From an uncultured Alistipes sp. (GTDB taxonomy: Bacteria > Bacteroidota > Bacteroidia > Bacteroidales > Muribaculaceae): DNA of 64,000 nucleotides. Of the stretch, positions 9,974-19,922 are shown one piece after another (the stretch's first letter is position 1; every line of letters begins with the position of its first letter). The DNA lies in assembly GCA_964638475.1 (NCBI GenBank), contig CAZXAZ010000001.1, positions 110,640 through 174,639 of the forward strand, given 5' to 3'. The notes beneath the pieces were generated by a model. The model saw only the letters and a program-made list of their open reading frames with translations. It searched no databases and was not told the origin of the DNA. The position numbers and the translations under genes are program-made.

Positions 9974-11071
9974 TCACTGTTTTTCTCTCTTTTTCATTTT
10001 TTGCATCATCTCATTTCTCTTTCTTAAACTCTCTGCTGCGGCTGAGTTTCCCTTTGCGGTATTGGTGGCAACTTTTGCCGAACTGGGCGTTGATGAGCCT
10101 TGATTTTGATTCGCTTGTGACGGCGCATTTTTTGACGCTTGCGGTTGTCTGTTTGTTGCAGCCGATGATGATGCTTTATTTTGATGAGGGCGTGTTGAGG
10201 CCGAGGAGTTTGCTGGTATTTCTACGGCATTCGATTCAATTTTTGTGTTGTCGTTATCGACTTTGGCAGAGTCTGTCGTTTCTTTTTTAGGCTTTGGTTT
10301 AATGCCATAGTTAAATGGTCTTTGCGAAAAATACTTTTGTGACAGATGTTGACGCATTCTGATGAGTGAAATACTGTCAATTCTGACGATTTCATTTTTA
10401 TCAGGTTGAGTTATGATGTATCCGGCAATTCTAACCGGAGACATTGTCGTATCTACTCGAACCGACACTTCTCCTGTGCCCTTATTTTTGCCGCCGGCGA
10501 GATTGTAGAATGATTTGCCATCGGCATATTCAATAACCATTCTTGCTGTGACAGGATTGGTTGCGGTTGCCATATTAAAGCGCAAAGTGAAGACGTCGTT
10601 ATTGCGCCAATTAGAGTCGGCAGGCACAGTAAATGTAACCAAACGAGTTGCTGCGCGATTAGAAAACTCAAAGTGGGAGCTCATTGGCCATACATTAACT
10701 GAGTCGCCTGCTATAATTATCTGTTCGTTGGTCGCAGATAGTAGTTCTTTTTGTCGGTTTGATAATATATTAATTGTCTTATCATAGACCTCCATATAAT
10801 CTTCAATATGATGGCCATACCAACGATAAGAGGAGTCTACGGCTTCGGTCGTTACTCCATGAGCGGCATAGATGCTCTGCTTTAGGAGCATCCTTGATGA
10901 GTCATCTCCAAATAGATTTTGGTTAAGGTCTACAACAGCCTCGGCAATATGAATGTCTGCCATTAATGATGCCATTTCATCTTTGTCGAGCACTATATTG
11001 TTTTTCTTCCCGCAACTTGCAATTAGTAACGGGATGATTGCCGCAATATATAACAACCGCCTCATTTCCAT
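9974..11071 (-). CDS. DUF4296-like lipoprotein with disordered C-terminal tail
   Basis: Lipobox LIASC; MASLMADIHIAE and SYRWYGHH motifs; usual neighbour of lspA. Confidence 0.8.
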   Translation of the reverse strand: MEMRRLLYIAAIIPLLIASCGKKNNIVLDKDEMASLMADIHIAEAVVDLNQNLFGDDSSRMLLKQSIYAAHGVTTEAVDSSYRWYGHHIEDYMEVYDKTINILSNRQKELLSATNEQIIIAGDSVNVWPMSSHFEFSNRAATRLVTFTVPADSNWRNNDVFTLRFNMATATNPVTARMVIEYADGKSFYNLAGGKNKGTGEVSVRVDTTMSPVRIAGYIITQPDKNEIVRIDSISLIRMRQHLSQKYFSQRPFNYGIKPKPKKETTDSAKVDNDNTKIESNAVEIPANSSASTRPHQNKASSSAATNRQPQASKNAPSQANQNQGSSTPSSAKVATNTAKGNSAAAESLRKRNEMMQKMKKREKQ

Positions 11072-11075
11072 CTGG

Positions 11076-11843
11076 TTATTCTTTTTTGTCTATTTCTTTT
11101 GCGTCTCTATCGGTTTTGCTTGCGTTTTTTGCAAAATATTTGTTATATAGCGGTAGCTCTTTCAGAAATGGCACTTCTGAAATCTGATTTGAGTAAAAGA
11201 TTATCATCCAGATTATTGCAACCGATATTGCTGCATCGGCAAAATTGAAAACCGGCGAGAAGAAAATGAAATATTCTCCACCGACAATGGGAATCCACGT
11301 TGGCCATGTCCAACTCATTAATGGAAAGTAGAGCATGTCGACAACTTTGCCATGAAGGAATGTGCCATAGCCTCCACCTTCTGGGAATAGTTGGGCAACA
11401 TGTGGGGGCATTGGGTTGTCAAAAATCAAGCCATAAAAAGCACAGTCGATGATGTTTCCGGCTGCTCCGGCAATTATTAATGCAAGGCAGACGAGATAGC
11501 CGGTTTTTGCCTCATGCTTGTTGCGCACTCGATATAAGTAATATATCAAGAACCCGACGGTTACGATGCGCAAGAGTGTTAGTAATAGCTTACTTCCAAT
11601 CTCCCATCCAAATGCCATTCCGTTGTTTTGGATAAAAGCAAGATGAAACCAAGAGAAAATCTCGTAACTTTCACCTAAATAGAAATTGGTTTTTACCCAA
11701 ATTTTCATTGCCTGGTCGATAATCAATACAGCCAGGATTATTATAAAAGCCATAAGGCCGCGACTCTTGTTAGAGCCACGGCTGACTATGGTGTCGGATG
11801 TTTTCAGTTCTGACAAAATCAAAAAGAATTTTAGCTCAGTCAA
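11076..11843 (-). CDS. lspA: Lipoprotein signal peptidase II (start codon uncertain)
   Basis: DQAMKIWV, NNGMAFG, GAAGNIID, VFNFADAAI. Confidence 0.95.
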   Translation of the reverse strand: MTELKFFLILSELKTSDTIVSRGSNKSRGLMAFIIILAVLIIDQAMKIWVKTNFYLGESYEIFSWFHLAFIQNNGMAFGWEIGSKLLLTLLRIVTVGFLIYYLYRVRNKHEAKTGYLVCLALIIAGAAGNIIDCAFYGLIFDNPMPPHVAQLFPEGGGYGTFLHGKVVDMLYFPLMSWTWPTWIPIVGGEYFIFFSPVFNFADAAISVAIIWMIIFYSNQISEVPFLKELPLYNKYFAKNASKTDRDAKEIDKKE

Positions 11844-11944
11844 AGCTGACTATTCGCGTTGTTATTCAACAAGGCTAAGGTTGGTAGCTTATGTTACGAC
11901 GATTTATAGTTTGTTTGGCTGAGGTGTGATAATGTTAGTCGCAA

Positions 11945-12313
11945 TTACTTCTTGGAGTCTACCGAGAGGGTTGCGTGGGGTACAGCGCGAAGTCGTTCCT
12001 TGGGAATCAGTTTACCCGTCAAGCGGTCGATGCCGTAAGTCTTATTCTCAATACGAACTAATGCGTTCTGTAGGTGGGTAATGAATCGAGCCTGACGCTG
12101 AGCAAGTCTGCCGGCTTCCTCTTTGCCGAGCGTCGACGCTCCCTCTTCTAAAACTTTGAATGTGGGGGAGGTGTCGGCTGTATCATTGCCATCTGAGTTC
12201 ATCACATCGGCGCGGAGTAGCTCGTATTCTTTGCGAGCTTTCTCTAGCTTTTGAAGAATGAGCGATTTAAACTCCTCAAGTTCTTCATCGGTGTAGCGGG
12301 TTTTATCAGACAT
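11945..12313 (-). CDS. DksA/TraR-family protein lacking zinc-finger cysteines
   Basis: Coiled coil with DTAD tip; ALVRIENKTYG..LTGKLIPKERLRAVPHATL C-terminus. Confidence 0.88.
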   Translation of the reverse strand: MSDKTRYTDEELEEFKSLILQKLEKARKEYELLRADVMNSDGNDTADTSPTFKVLEEGASTLGKEEAGRLAQRQARFITHLQNALVRIENKTYGIDRLTGKLIPKERLRAVPHATLSVDSKK

Positions 12314-12424
12314 TACTTTTCGGTTAAATAGTTTAACGTTTAGTCTATGGGAAAGGAGGAGAGGAAGCTGAGCCTTTTTCCCAGCATATTTGTTTAAACG
12401 TTTAACTAATGATTTTGTTCATTA

Positions 12425-12468
12425 AACAACCGAAGAGGATACCCACTTAGGGTGTCCCTCCGGTTGTT
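12425..12468 (-). terminator. Hairpin after ileS
   Basis: Imperfect long stem AACAACCG..GGATACCC/GGGTGTCC..CGGTTGTT. Confidence 0.6.
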
Positions 12469-12476
12469 AACTAGTT

Positions 12477-15400
12477 TTATGCTTTGGTGATTTTTACTTT
12501 TACTTCCGTTCCGTCGATGTCAAGAATTTCATCTTCAGCAGGATTGCAAATTGTAGCAGTCGTAACAGAAGCAGCGAGCACCTGTGAAGCGATGTAATCT
12601 TTGAAATCGGCAATCGCACCAGCTGTTAAGTCGTTCGATTCAATGACAACATTAATGCGGTCGGTGATATCGTAATCGCGGCTCTTACGGATGTTCTGAA
12701 TGCGGTTTACAAGGTCGCGAGCGACGCCCTCTTTGCGAAGTTCGTCGGTAATTTCAACTTCAAGTGCTACGGTTACGTTACCTTCATTTGCAACGAGCCA
12801 TCCGGGAATATCTTCAGAATGGATGTCAACGTCTTGCAATTCAACCTTGATATCTTCTCCTTCGAGAGAAAGAGTGATTGATTCTTCGCGTTCGAGTTGC
12901 GCAATTTCTTGTTGACTCATTGCTCCAATCAGGGCGGCTACAGCTTTCATCTTCTTTCCGAATTTTGGGCCGAGTTTCTTAAAGTCGGGTTTGATTGACT
13001 TTACGAGTACGCCTTCTTGGTCGTCAACAAGTTTCATCTCTTTAACATTGACTTCTGAGAGAATTAGCGGAGCCATTGCTTCGAGCTGACGGCGACGGTT
13101 GTCGCTGTTTACCGGAATCATTATTGCTTGTAGTGGCTGACGAACCTTAATGTTAACTTTGCGACGCAAAGATAATACGAGCGAGGTTACGACTTGTGCC
13201 AAGTGCATTCTCTCTTCAAGCGCAGGGTCTATCATTGCTTCGTCTGCAACAGGGAAATCTGTTAAGTGGACAGAGGTAACTTCTTTACCTTCAGCTTCGA
13301 GAGCTGGAGCGGTCAAGTCGCGATAGAGGCGATCTGCGAAGAAAGGCGCATAAGGTGCGAGCAATTTCGATATGGTGGTCAGACAGGTATAAAGAGTCTG
13401 ATATGCTGACAATTTATCGGTGTCAAGACCTCCGCCCCAGAAACGTTTGCGGTTTAAGCGGACATACCAGTTAGAAAGGTTGTCATTAACGAAGTCGTTG
13501 ATAAAACGAGTCGCGCGGGTGGGTTCATACTCGTCAAGCGCTTCGGTAACATTCTTAACAAGAGTGTTGAGCAACGAAATAATCCAACGGTCGATTTCAG
13601 GGCGATCAGCGAGTGAAACCTGAGGCTCAGCTCCTGTAAAGCCGTCTACGTTGGCATAAAGAGTCAGGAACGAATAGGTGTTGTAGAGAGTAGAGAAGAG
13701 TTTGCGAGATACTTCCTTTATACCCTCTTCGTTGAACTTTAAGTTATCCCAAGGCGCTGAGTTGGAAATCATATACCAACGAACGGAGTCGCTGCCATAG
13801 GTGTCGATAGTCTTAAACGGATCAACAGCGTTGCCAAGGCGTTTCGACATTTTGTTGCCATCTTTGTCGAGTACGAGACCATTAGAGATAACAGCCTTGT
13901 AAGCTTTCTTGTCGAAGACCATTCCGGCAATAGCGTGAAGGGTATAGAACCAACCGCGGGTTTGGTCAACACCTTCGGCGATGAAGTCGGCAGGGAAACA
14001 AGCGCCTGACTCTACGGCGTCTTTGTTCTCGAATGGGTAGTGGACCTGAGCATAGGGCATTGAACCGGAGTCGAACCAAACGTCGATCAGGTCGGTCTCG
14101 CGAGTCATAGGTTTGCCTGACGGAGATACGAGAATGATGTCATCGACATATGGGCGGTGGAGGTCAATGCGGTCGTAGTTCTCTTTTGAATAGTCTCCGG
14201 GAACAAATCCTTTTGCTTTATACGGATTCTCTTTCATTACGCCGGCTTCAACGGCTTTGTCGATTTCAGCGTAAAGAGTCGCGATTGAGTCGATACAGAT
14301 TTCCTCCTTACCGTCAGCTGTGCGCCAAATTGGTAGAGGAGTACCCCAGTAACGAGAACGAGAGAGGTTCCAATCTTGGAGATTCTCAAGCCATTTGCCG
14401 AAACGTCCGCTGCCGGTTGTTGCAGGTTTCCACTGAATCTCTTCATTCAGTTCCATGAGGCGTTCGCGGCATGCTGTTGTTTTGATAAACCAGCTGTCGA
14501 GGGGGTAATATAAGACGGGTTTGTCTGTTCGCCAACAGTGGGGATAGTTGTGGACATGTTTCTCAATTTTGAACACTTTGTCGTTCTGTTTGAGCCACAT
14601 GCAGATTTCGACGTCGAGAGTTTCGTCGTTTTCGCCCTTTTCGGGGTCGTAAGCGTTTTTAACGAATTTGCCTTGCCAAGGAGTATATGCTTCAATATCT
14701 ACGCGCTCTTTTACAAACTCGGGGTCGAGTTGCTCGAGCAAATAGAAGCGACCGCAGAGGTCTACCATTGGTCTAACGTTTCCGTCGCGGTCAATGAGAG
14801 TCAACGGAGGGACACCGGATTGGCGAGATACTCGTAAGTCGTCTGCACCGAATGTGCCTGCAATATGCACAATACCAGTACCATCTTCAGTTGTTACATA
14901 GTCGCCGGGGATAACACGGAATGCGCCTTCTCCGGGGTTCATCCAAGGAATGAGCTGCTGGTAGTGAAGTCCAATGAGTTCTTTACCTTTCAGTGTTGCG
15001 ACAACTTCGTAGGGGATGAGTTTTGAGCCCTTCTCGTATTCATCGAGTTTGAGCTCGGCGGCTTTTGAGTTGAACATTTGTCCCATCAGCGCAACCGCTA
15101 CGACAACTGTTATCTTCTTTCCGCTATAGGGATTGTATGTTCTTACGATGTTATATTCGATTTCCGGGCCAACAGCCAACGCTGTGTTGGAAGGAAGTGT
15201 CCATGGCGTTGTTGTCCAAGCCAAGAAATAGGGCTCGCCCCAACCTGTCATCGCTTCAGTCGGATCTGTGCAAAGGAACTGAGCTACGCAAGTTGTATCT
15301 TTAACATCGCGATAGCAACCCGGCTGGTTGAGCTCGTGTGAGCTAAGGCCTGTTCCGGCAGCGGGTGAATAGGGTTGGATTGTATAACCTTTATAGAGAT

Positions 15401-15911
15401 AGCCCTTGTCATAGAGTTGTTTAAGCAACCACCAGCAAGATTCAATATAACTATTGTGGTAGGTTACATAAGGATTATCAAGGTCAACCCAATAGCCCAT
15501 TGAGTTGGTCAATGTAGACCATTCTTTTGTATATTTCATGACCTCCTGACGGCAGGCTGCGTTGTATTCGTCGACAGAAATTTTCTTGCCGATATCTTCC
15601 TTGGTTATGCCGAGAGATTTCTCGACGCCCAATTCTACGGGGAGTCCGTGAGTGTCCCAACCAGCTTTACGGTCGACACGGAAGCCTTTCATGGTCTTGT
15701 AACGACAGAATATATCCTTAATCGTACGGGCCATAACGTGATGGATGCCGGGCATGCCATTTGCCGAAGGAGGGCCTTCAAAGAACACGAAGGGCGTTGC
15801 GCCTTCTCTGAGTTCAAGGCTGCGGCGGAACAAATCGTCAGAGTTCCACTGCGCGAGCACCTCCTTGTTGATATTGGAAAGATTGAAATTGTCGTATTCG
15901 TTAAACTTCAT
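12477..15911 (-). CDS. ileS: Isoleucyl-tRNA synthetase (IleRS2-type)
   Basis: GPPSANGMPGIHH, GWDTHGLP, WTTTPWT, EGVDQTRGWF, KMSKR; start set at MKFNEY (15911). Confidence 0.98.
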   Translation of the reverse strand: MKFNEYDNFNLSNINKEVLAQWNSDDLFRRSLELREGATPFVFFEGPPSANGMPGIHHVMARTIKDIFCRYKTMKGFRVDRKAGWDTHGLPVELGVEKSLGITKEDIGKKISVDEYNAACRQEVMKYTKEWSTLTNSMGYWVDLDNPYVTYHNSYIESCWWLLKQLYDKGYLYKGYTIQPYSPAAGTGLSSHELNQPGCYRDVKDTTCVAQFLCTDPTEAMTGWGEPYFLAWTTTPWTLPSNTALAVGPEIEYNIVRTYNPYSGKKITVVVAVALMGQMFNSKAAELKLDEYEKGSKLIPYEVVATLKGKELIGLHYQQLIPWMNPGEGAFRVIPGDYVTTEDGTGIVHIAGTFGADDLRVSRQSGVPPLTLIDRDGNVRPMVDLCGRFYLLEQLDPEFVKERVDIEAYTPWQGKFVKNAYDPEKGENDETLDVEICMWLKQNDKVFKIEKHVHNYPHCWRTDKPVLYYPLDSWFIKTTACRERLMELNEEIQWKPATTGSGRFGKWLENLQDWNLSRSRYWGTPLPIWRTADGKEEICIDSIATLYAEIDKAVEAGVMKENPYKAKGFVPGDYSKENYDRIDLHRPYVDDIILVSPSGKPMTRETDLIDVWFDSGSMPYAQVHYPFENKDAVESGACFPADFIAEGVDQTRGWFYTLHAIAGMVFDKKAYKAVISNGLVLDKDGNKMSKRLGNAVDPFKTIDTYGSDSVRWYMISNSAPWDNLKFNEEGIKEVSRKLFSTLYNTYSFLTLYANVDGFTGAEPQVSLADRPEIDRWIISLLNTLVKNVTEALDEYEPTRATRFINDFVNDNLSNWYVRLNRKRFWGGGLDTDKLSAYQTLYTCLTTISKLLAPYAPFFADRLYRDLTAPALEAEGKEVTSVHLTDFPVADEAMIDPALEERMHLAQVVTSLVLSLRRKVNIKVRQPLQAIMIPVNSDNRRRQLEAMAPLILSEVNVKEMKLVDDQEGVLVKSIKPDFKKLGPKFGKKMKAVAALIGAMSQQEIAQLEREESITLSLEGEDIKVELQDVDIHSEDIPGWLVANEGNVTVALEVEITDELRKEGVARDLVNRIQNIRKSRDYDITDRINVVIESNDLTAGAIADFKDYIASQVLAASVTTATICNPAEDEILDIDGTEVKVKITKA

Positions 15912-15994
15912 CTGGAAGATCGGTTTTTGAATTGTCGATTTGGAAAAATTCAACTGCAAAGATATGATTTTTCATCCACATATACAAATAAAAT

Positions 15995-16029
15995 AGAGGA
16001 GGATAACGCATCCTGCGCTATCCTCCTCT
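15995..16029 (-). terminator. Terminator after dnaB
   Basis: Stem AGAGGAGGATA/TATCCTCCTCT. Confidence 0.7.
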
Positions 16030-16058
16030 TATTCTTTTGAGGGAGTTTTGTTTCGTGA

Positions 16059-17627
16059 TTAAAATGGAGGTGCATCGTTGGATGATGTCAAGTTGGCGCT
16101 ACCTCCTGACAATGGTGAATTTCCTCCATTTATCGGGTCATCTTCGTCGCTGCTTTGGTTGAAGCGAGAAGAGACAACGGTTTGTGTGGTATGATAATCT
16201 TCGTCCCAATTTTGGAATCGAGCGTATTGACTAACAAAACGCATCTTGACATCATCAACTTTACCCGAACGGTGTTTTGCAACGATAAATAGGGCTAAAC
16301 CTCGAATGTCGTTACCTTCGGCGTCTTCGCCGCTATGTAGGTAATATTCGGGGCGGTGGATGAAGCAGACGATGTCGGCGTCTTGCTCGATAGCTCCCGA
16401 TTCACGAAGGTCGCTCAACTGAGGACGTTTCGACTGGCTGTCTGTTCCGCGACTTTCCACCGAACGGTTTAACTGCGACAGGGCTATAATTGGGATGTTC
16501 AGCTCTTTTGCTAACTGTTTGAGGTTTCGTGAAATCATAGAGACCTCCTGTTCGCGAGAACCGAATTTCATTCCGGAGGCGTTCATCAACTGTAAGTAGT
16601 CGATAATTAGAATCTTCACTCCATGTTCGCGCACCAAACGTCGTGCTTTTGTTCTGAGCTCGAAAATAGAAAGAGAGGGTGTGTCATCGATAAAGAGCGG
16701 AGCGTTATAGAGGGGCTTTACGCCTGCCATTAGTTTGTCCCAATCGTTAGGGGTTAGACGTCCGCTCTTGATTTTTTCACCTTCAACTTCGCAAGCGTTT
16801 GAAATCAAACGGTTAACAAGCTGAAGGTTGCTCATTTCAAGTGAGAATATGGCGGTTGGAATGTTTAGGTTTACTGCCATATTTTTTGCCATAGATAAGA
16901 CGAACGCTGTCTTACCCATTGCCGGACGAGCTGCGATAATGATAAGGTCGGAATTTTGCCATCCGGAGGTTAGCTTATCAAGCTCGCGGAATTGAGTTTC
17001 GAGACCAGACAGACCCGACTCGCGGTTTGCGGCTACTTCGATTTGTTCGAGGGCTTGCTTGATAACTGGGTCGATCTGAGTGACATCTTTTTTTACGTTG
17101 CGTTGTGAAATCTCAAACAGGCGTCCTTCAGCTTCTTGTAAAAGGTCATCAACGTCGTTTGATTCGTCAAATGCTTTTTCCTCAATTTGTGCTGAAAAGT
17201 TGATAAGTTCGCGGGCAAGATATTTTTGGGCAACGATGCGAGCGTGGAACTCAACGTGAGCGCCGGACGCAACTCGAGCGGTCAACTCAGATATTGCTGC
17301 CGGGCCGCCTACGAGCTTAATGTCGCCATTTGCACGCAGACGCTGAGTGACGGTCAGCATATCGATAGATTGTTGCGATGCACCGAGTTGTTGTATCGCT
17401 TCGTATATTTTTTGGTGTCCCGGATCGTAGAAACATTCCGGTTTCAGAATATCACAGACCGTTGTGTAAGCATCTTTTTCAAGCATCAATGCGCCAAGCA
17501 CCGCCTCCTCTACTTCGAGATCGCGCGGCGCGATGCGTCCCTCCTTTTCAAGGAGTTGTTGCTGTAAACGCTTTGCGTCGTTATAATTGTTTTTTCGAGG
17601 GTATTTGTCAGATTGTGATTCAGCCAT
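16059..17627 (-). CDS. dnaB: Replicative DNA helicase
   Basis: EEAVLGALM, AARPAMGKT Walker A, IIDYLQLM, LSQLNR, DLRESGAIEQDAD; no intein. Confidence 0.98.
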   Translation of the reverse strand: MAESQSDKYPRKNNYNDAKRLQQQLLEKEGRIAPRDLEVEEAVLGALMLEKDAYTTVCDILKPECFYDPGHQKIYEAIQQLGASQQSIDMLTVTQRLRANGDIKLVGGPAAISELTARVASGAHVEFHARIVAQKYLARELINFSAQIEEKAFDESNDVDDLLQEAEGRLFEISQRNVKKDVTQIDPVIKQALEQIEVAANRESGLSGLETQFRELDKLTSGWQNSDLIIIAARPAMGKTAFVLSMAKNMAVNLNIPTAIFSLEMSNLQLVNRLISNACEVEGEKIKSGRLTPNDWDKLMAGVKPLYNAPLFIDDTPSLSIFELRTKARRLVREHGVKILIIDYLQLMNASGMKFGSREQEVSMISRNLKQLAKELNIPIIALSQLNRSVESRGTDSQSKRPQLSDLRESGAIEQDADIVCFIHRPEYYLHSGEDAEGNDIRGLALFIVAKHRSGKVDDVKMRFVSQYARFQNWDEDYHTTQTVVSSRFNQSSDEDDPINGGNSPLSGGSANLTSSNDAPPF

Positions 17628-17756
17628 GATTGGGTGTTGTAGATATTATTTCCGGACAAAGTTACATAAATTAAGACAAAATTCCGTAACTTCGTAGTCT
17701 AAATCTATCAACAATCTATCAACGTCTTTTCTAGATAAATATCCATAATTATTAAT

Positions 17757-19838
17757 ATGCGCAACGGTTTTTTCAGAGTGGCGGCTTGTGTGCCTCCTGT
17801 TCGTGTGGCTGATGTTAGAGCCAATACTGCGGCCATAATAGACATGCTTCATCAACTCGAGCAAAAAGAGGTTGAGTTAGCCGTGTTTCCCGAACTATGT
17901 GTGACGGGTTATACTTGCGGTGATTTGTTTCATGGCGATTTGCTGATTGATGCTGCCGGAGAGGCTGTTCGTGAAATTGCCGAGGCTACAAAAAATCTTC
18001 GAGTTAATGCCGTTATCGGAGCTCCGATGATGTTTGAAAATCGGCTCTATAACTGTGCGATAGTTGTAGGGCAGGGGATGACAAAGTTAACCGTACCAAA
18101 GACATATCTTCCGAATTATAATGAGTTTTACGAGCGTCGTCTATGGTCGCCTGCAACAAGAAGCAATGATTCTGATGAGTCGCAGATGCCTATTTCCGCT
18201 AATAAACTCTTTCAAGTCAATGCCGTAAAGGTTGGTATCGAAATATGCGAAGATTTATGGGTGCCGATTCCTCCCTCAAGCCATGCCGCGCTTGCCGGAG
18301 CTAAGGTGATTGTAAACCTTTCTGCGTCGCCCGATACAATTGGAAAGTATGACTATCTTCGCGATTTGATCTGTCAACAATCGGCGCGTTGTATCTGTGG
18401 ATATGTCTATGCTGCAGCTGGGTTTGGAGAGTCTTCAACCGATTTGGTCTTTGATGGGAAAGGAATCATTGCCGAGAATGGCAAGATTTTGGCATCAACT
18501 CCTCGTTGGCAAGAGGGCCCTCAGATGGTTATCCGCGATCTCGATATTGAAATGATAACCAGAGACCGCTTGCATGCCGGCACCTTTGCCGATTGTGGTG
18601 AGCGAGAAAATGCCAATCTGTCATATCCGCTTGTTCAACAAATCAACTTTAATTTGAGCGATTTGCTCGACCCCGACAGCTCTGAGAATTTGCGAGAGAA
18701 ACTCGATAAGTTGATGTCGAATGACGAAAATGGCGAGAATAGCGAAAATTCGGCGGCAACACTGATGCGCACAATTAATCCTCATCCTTTTGTGCCATCG
18801 AATGATGATGAAATCGACCGCCGTTGCGATGAAATTGTTAATATACAGGTTGCTGGATTAGCTCAGCGCTTGAAAGCAACCGGTTGTAAAACGATTGTAG
18901 TAGGCATTTCCGGCGGTCTTGATTCGACTCTTGCTTTGCTTATTGCTACTCGTGCTTTCGATCGCCTTAAACTTGACCGCAAGGGCATTATAGGAGTCAC
19001 AATGCCGGGATTCGGTACGACCGGTCGTACTCACTCTAATGCGTTGACATTGATGGAGGCACTTGGCGTTACGTCCCGCGAGATTCCTATCGGGCGCGCT
19101 GTCGAACAGCATTTCTCTGATATTGGTCACGATCCTTCTGTAACAGATGTTACTTATGAGAATTGTCAAGCGCGAGAACGTACGCAGATTCTTATGGATG
19201 TCGCTAACCAAGAGGGCGGAATGGTTCTGGGAACCGGTGACCTCTCGGAATTGGCGTTGGGTTGGGCAACCTATAACGGTGATCATATGTCAATGTATGG
19301 AGTTAATGCTTCTGTGCCGAAAACTCTTGTGAGATATCTTGTTAGATGGTTTGCGCTCCGTTCAGAGAACCCAGATATGGCAGAGGCGCTTGTTGATATT
19401 ATTGACACTCCGGTTTCTCCCGAACTTCTTCCGCCGGATGAGTCTGGAAAAATTGCTCAGAAAACCGAAGATCTTGTTGGACCATACGAACTGCATGATT
19501 TCTTCCTTTACTATACGTTGCGCTATGGATTCCCTCCCTCGAGAGTCTTTTATTTAGCATGCCAGGCATTCTGGGTTCAGCATCGACGCAAGATTTACCA
19601 AGGGAAGGGAGGTATGGAAGTCGGAAAATATGAGCCACGCGTGATACTGCAATGGATGAAGGTGTTCTATAGTCGCTTCTTTAATCAGCAATTCAAACGC
19701 TCTTGTATGCCTGATGGTCCGAAGGTTGGTTCGGTTTGTCTTTCTCCGCGTGGAGATTGGCGAATGCCGTCAGATGCATCTTCTGCTCTTTGGCTTGCTG
19801 CGGTTGATCGCCTTTCAGAATCATTGCCTGAGGAATAA
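17757..19838 (+). CDS. nadE: Glutamine-dependent NAD+ synthetase
   Basis: Nitrilase domain (FPEL, EICEDLW) fused to synthetase (GISGGLDST, GTGDLSE, KRSCMPDGPKV). Confidence 0.97.
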   Translation: MRNGFFRVAACVPPVRVADVRANTAAIIDMLHQLEQKEVELAVFPELCVTGYTCGDLFHGDLLIDAAGEAVREIAEATKNLRVNAVIGAPMMFENRLYNCAIVVGQGMTKLTVPKTYLPNYNEFYERRLWSPATRSNDSDESQMPISANKLFQVNAVKVGIEICEDLWVPIPPSSHAALAGAKVIVNLSASPDTIGKYDYLRDLICQQSARCICGYVYAAAGFGESSTDLVFDGKGIIAENGKILASTPRWQEGPQMVIRDLDIEMITRDRLHAGTFADCGERENANLSYPLVQQINFNLSDLLDPDSSENLREKLDKLMSNDENGENSENSAATLMRTINPHPFVPSNDDEIDRRCDEIVNIQVAGLAQRLKATGCKTIVVGISGGLDSTLALLIATRAFDRLKLDRKGIIGVTMPGFGTTGRTHSNALTLMEALGVTSREIPIGRAVEQHFSDIGHDPSVTDVTYENCQARERTQILMDVANQEGGMVLGTGDLSELALGWATYNGDHMSMYGVNASVPKTLVRYLVRWFALRSENPDMAEALVDIIDTPVSPELLPPDESGKIAQKTEDLVGPYELHDFFLYYTLRYGFPPSRVFYLACQAFWVQHRRKIYQGKGGMEVGKYEPRVILQWMKVFYSRFFNQQFKRSCMPDGPKVGSVCLSPRGDWRMPSDASSALWLAAVDRLSESLPEE

Positions 19839-19867
19839 AATTCGATTTCTCAATTTATTGAAATAAT

Positions 19868-19904
19868 AAAACGGCGTTATCTCAAATCGAGATAACGCCG
19901 TTTT
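19868..19904. terminator. Bidirectional terminator between nadE and the M13 peptidase
   Basis: Perfect 16-bp stem AAAACGGCGTTATCTC/GAGATAACGCCGTTTT. Confidence 0.85.
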
Positions 19905-19922
19905 ATATGCGCTGATATTTGA

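Noticed and set aside
12438-12455. ATACCCA..GGGTGT resembling the operator motif
   Set aside because: Spacing differs and it is the stem of the ileS terminator hairpin
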